A DNA stretch of 63,148 nt, counting the filler, from Stramenopiles sp. TOSAG23-3 (lineage: Eukaryota), in the NCBI GenBank assembly GCA_900128585.1. It is 6 parts of 6 records of this genome, joined end to end, with 100 filler letters (N's around TTAATTAATTAA, not from the genome) between each part and the next. Parts side by side here need not be neighbours in the genome. Positions count along the whole stretch, not along the records: positions 61,412 to 63,148 come from LT645465.1; 5 more parts are not named here. One strand, given 5' to 3'. The position numbers and the translations under genes are program-made. The notes under the pieces are model-generated. The model did not search any database. It had not been told where the DNA came from and worked only from the letters and a program-made list of their open reading frames with translations. Positions 61,516 through 63,148 of the stretch are shown piece after piece (positions within the stretch are counted from its first letter, which is position 1; every line of letters begins with the position of its first letter).

Positions 61516-61545
61516 TTACTTAAATAACAGCCAATTTTCTTGTTT
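61516..61545 (-). repeat. Dispersed 3'-flank element core copy
   Basis: TTACTTAAATAACAGCCAATTTTCTTGTTT, the reverse complement of the core at 1474-1503. Confidence 0.85.
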
Positions 61546-61760
61546 ATTATTTCTACATTTATTATTATATCTAGTATTGGTTTTGGAGGAGTCGTATTAC
61601 TTTGCGGTTTGCGGTATATTTGTAATATTTGTAATAATGCCAATATCATCACATGGGATGTGTGTGAGTTATATTATATTTTATAGAAAGAAGAAGACTA
61701 TTATAAGAATAAGAATGAAGAAGAAGAAAGGTATTGAAATTAAAATAAGAAAAAAGTTAA

Positions 61761-62999
61761 TTAAATCGATAAGTTATTCGGATTCTTTCCTTTTAACCAC
61801 CAATCTCTTTCGAACACTTCTTTTAATTCAGATGAGATATTGGGGTTACGAGACAACGTAAGTACATTCAATGATCGCAACGAACCATTATTAACTAACT
61901 CAAGAAGAGATTGACAACCAACATTACCAATCTTATTATCTTTCAAATAAAGAATTTCCAACGATACCTCTGGTCCAATCTTATTATCTTTCAAATAAAG
62001 AATTTCCAACGATACCTCTGGTAGAACCCTACTACACAGGACAGCAATGGAATCATCTCCTATATTGTTGGAAGACAAAGCAAGCCTTTTCAAGTTTGTC
62101 ATTGTTCTTAAGGCCGGAGCGATTGTTCTCAAGCCTTCATCTCCAATATTGTTGTAGCTCAAAGCAAGCCATTGCAAGTTTGTCATTGTTCTTAATGCCG
62201 GAGCGATTGTTCGGCAGCCTTCAGCGGTGATCGATTTGCCACTAAGATTCAACTCTCCCGTGAAACCCTCGCCTTGCTTCATCCGGTCCGCCGCTCCTAT
62301 CCCCACGACCCTTTCCACGGCGTCCCAATCCACACCCGTTGTTGCTTTCTTCTTTTCCACCTCCAACTGTTTCGCTTCCTCCTTCATGGACTTTTCCCAC
62401 GCCTCCAGTTCCCCTCGAAACAAATCTTCGACGCCTTTGCCATCACTATCCGTGGCCTTGTAATCTGCGCCCTTCCTAACTAACGTCTCCACCAGACCAC
62501 GCAAGCCGAGCTCGGCGGCAACGAGCAGCGGCGTCCGTCGATCGCGTTCGCGACGTGCATTTAAATCTACTTTTCCTTCATCTAGCATATCTCTTGCCAG
62601 GCCTTCGCAATTATGATTGTCGGGGCATCGCTCAATGAGCTCAATTAGCTTCATGCCCAGCGTCATTTTGTATTGTTGCACGTTTTGTGCTACTATACGG
62701 TTTGGGAACAAATCTCTTTTCAGGCGTTTTTGGGTCAGAGGAGAGTTTCGATGGCCGCTCCTAAACCATTGCTCAATACCTGCGCGCGAGTATGTATTAC
62801 CATCAGATGCTACGACCGGATCTTCAAACAAGTCTTGGGAGATAGGGCACATCAAGTTAACGTCCTCAGGTTTTGGGACATGCATAGTTCTCGAACGTTG
62901 CGATGCCTCAGTGCCACCAACAGCTTCCGCAACAGCAGCTCTCTTACGTTTCCCCGTTCGCAGTTGTACTCCGGACGAGTCATCATAATTTGAGGCCAT
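61761..62999 (-). CDS. U-box - ankyrin - RI-type LRR protein (putative E3 ubiquitin ligase)
   Basis: U-box CPISQDLFEDPVVASDGNTYSRAGIEQW...SPLT...LFPN; ANK RTPLLVAAELG..VETLVRKGAD; LRRs LxxLxLSxNNIGDEG. Confidence 0.92.
   Translation of the reverse strand: MASNYDDSSGVQLRTGKRKRAAVAEAVGGTEASQRSRTMHVPKPEDVNLMCPISQDLFEDPVVASDGNTYSRAGIEQWFRSGHRNSPLTQKRLKRDLFPNRIVAQNVQQYKMTLGMKLIELIERCPDNHNCEGLARDMLDEGKVDLNARRERDRRTPLLVAAELGLRGLVETLVRKGADYKATDSDGKGVEDLFRGELEAWEKSMKEEAKQLEVEKKKATTGVDWDAVERVVGIGAADRMKQGEGFTGELNLSGKSITAEGCRTIAPALRTMTNLQWLALSYNNIGDEGLRTIAPALRTMTNLKRLALSSNNIGDDSIAVLCSRVLPEVSLEILYLKDNKIGPEVSLEILYLKDNKIGNVGCQSLLELVNNGSLRSLNVLTLSRNPNISSELKEVFERDWWLKGKNPNNLSI
61927..62022. repeat. Perfect in-frame 48-nt tandem duplication within the LRR region
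   Basis: CCAATCTTATTATCTTTCAAATAAAGAATTTCCAACGATACCTCTGGT x2 (PEVSLEILYLKDNKIG x2). Confidence 0.95.
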
Positions 63000-63148
63000 T
63001 CTTATAAACGGTTACGTTTAAAACTAGAAAGGGTTAGGGTTAATACTGGAACGCTTTCAAACCCAATCTCAATTGATACAAAGAAGAACACTCACTTTTC
63101 TTTCTTTGAATATTTATAATCTATAAAGTTTATTAAAATTTTCTTAGT

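Noticed and set aside
63030-63042. Telomere-like AGGGTTAGGGTTA
   Set aside because: Only two units, internal; insufficient for a telomere, at most a telo-box-like word

Overview
Eukaryotic genomic DNA, not prokaryotic. It is compact and intron-poor, with long uninterrupted ORFs separated by very AT-rich, microsatellite-laden spacers. Gene content (EFHC/Rib72, an axonemal dynein fragment, CD36, lysosomal-type hydrolases, cytosolic IleRS, TEL2, Derlin) fits a flagellated heterotrophic protist, most plausibly a stramenopile (inference). The window is an artificial concatenation of six contigs joined by identical 100-nt linkers (N44-TTAATTAATTAA-N44). The five complete or leading segments decrease in length (12195, 12192, 12176, 12176, 12172 bp), so neighbourhoods across linkers are meaningless. 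About 21 coding regions are supported, several truncated by contig ends. Most interesting signals: (1) an oriented dispersed non-coding element (core AAAACAAGAAAATTGGCTGTTATTTAAG) recurring just downstream of stop codons on four contigs; (2) a TAGTCGTCTA motif in 5' spacers; (3) a modular ARM-SAM-ANK-coiled coil-SAM-atypical kinase-FYVE protein and a U-box-ANK-LRR protein, both with very recent repeat duplications; (4) an EFHC protein whose third DM10 domain is split by an EF-hand pair; (5) an inverted-repeat-bounded ~280-bp element with internal palindromic repeats; (6) a truncated, internally deleted dynein fragment. No CRISPR array, rRNA or intact tRNA was seen. All assignments come from motif reading, not database searches.
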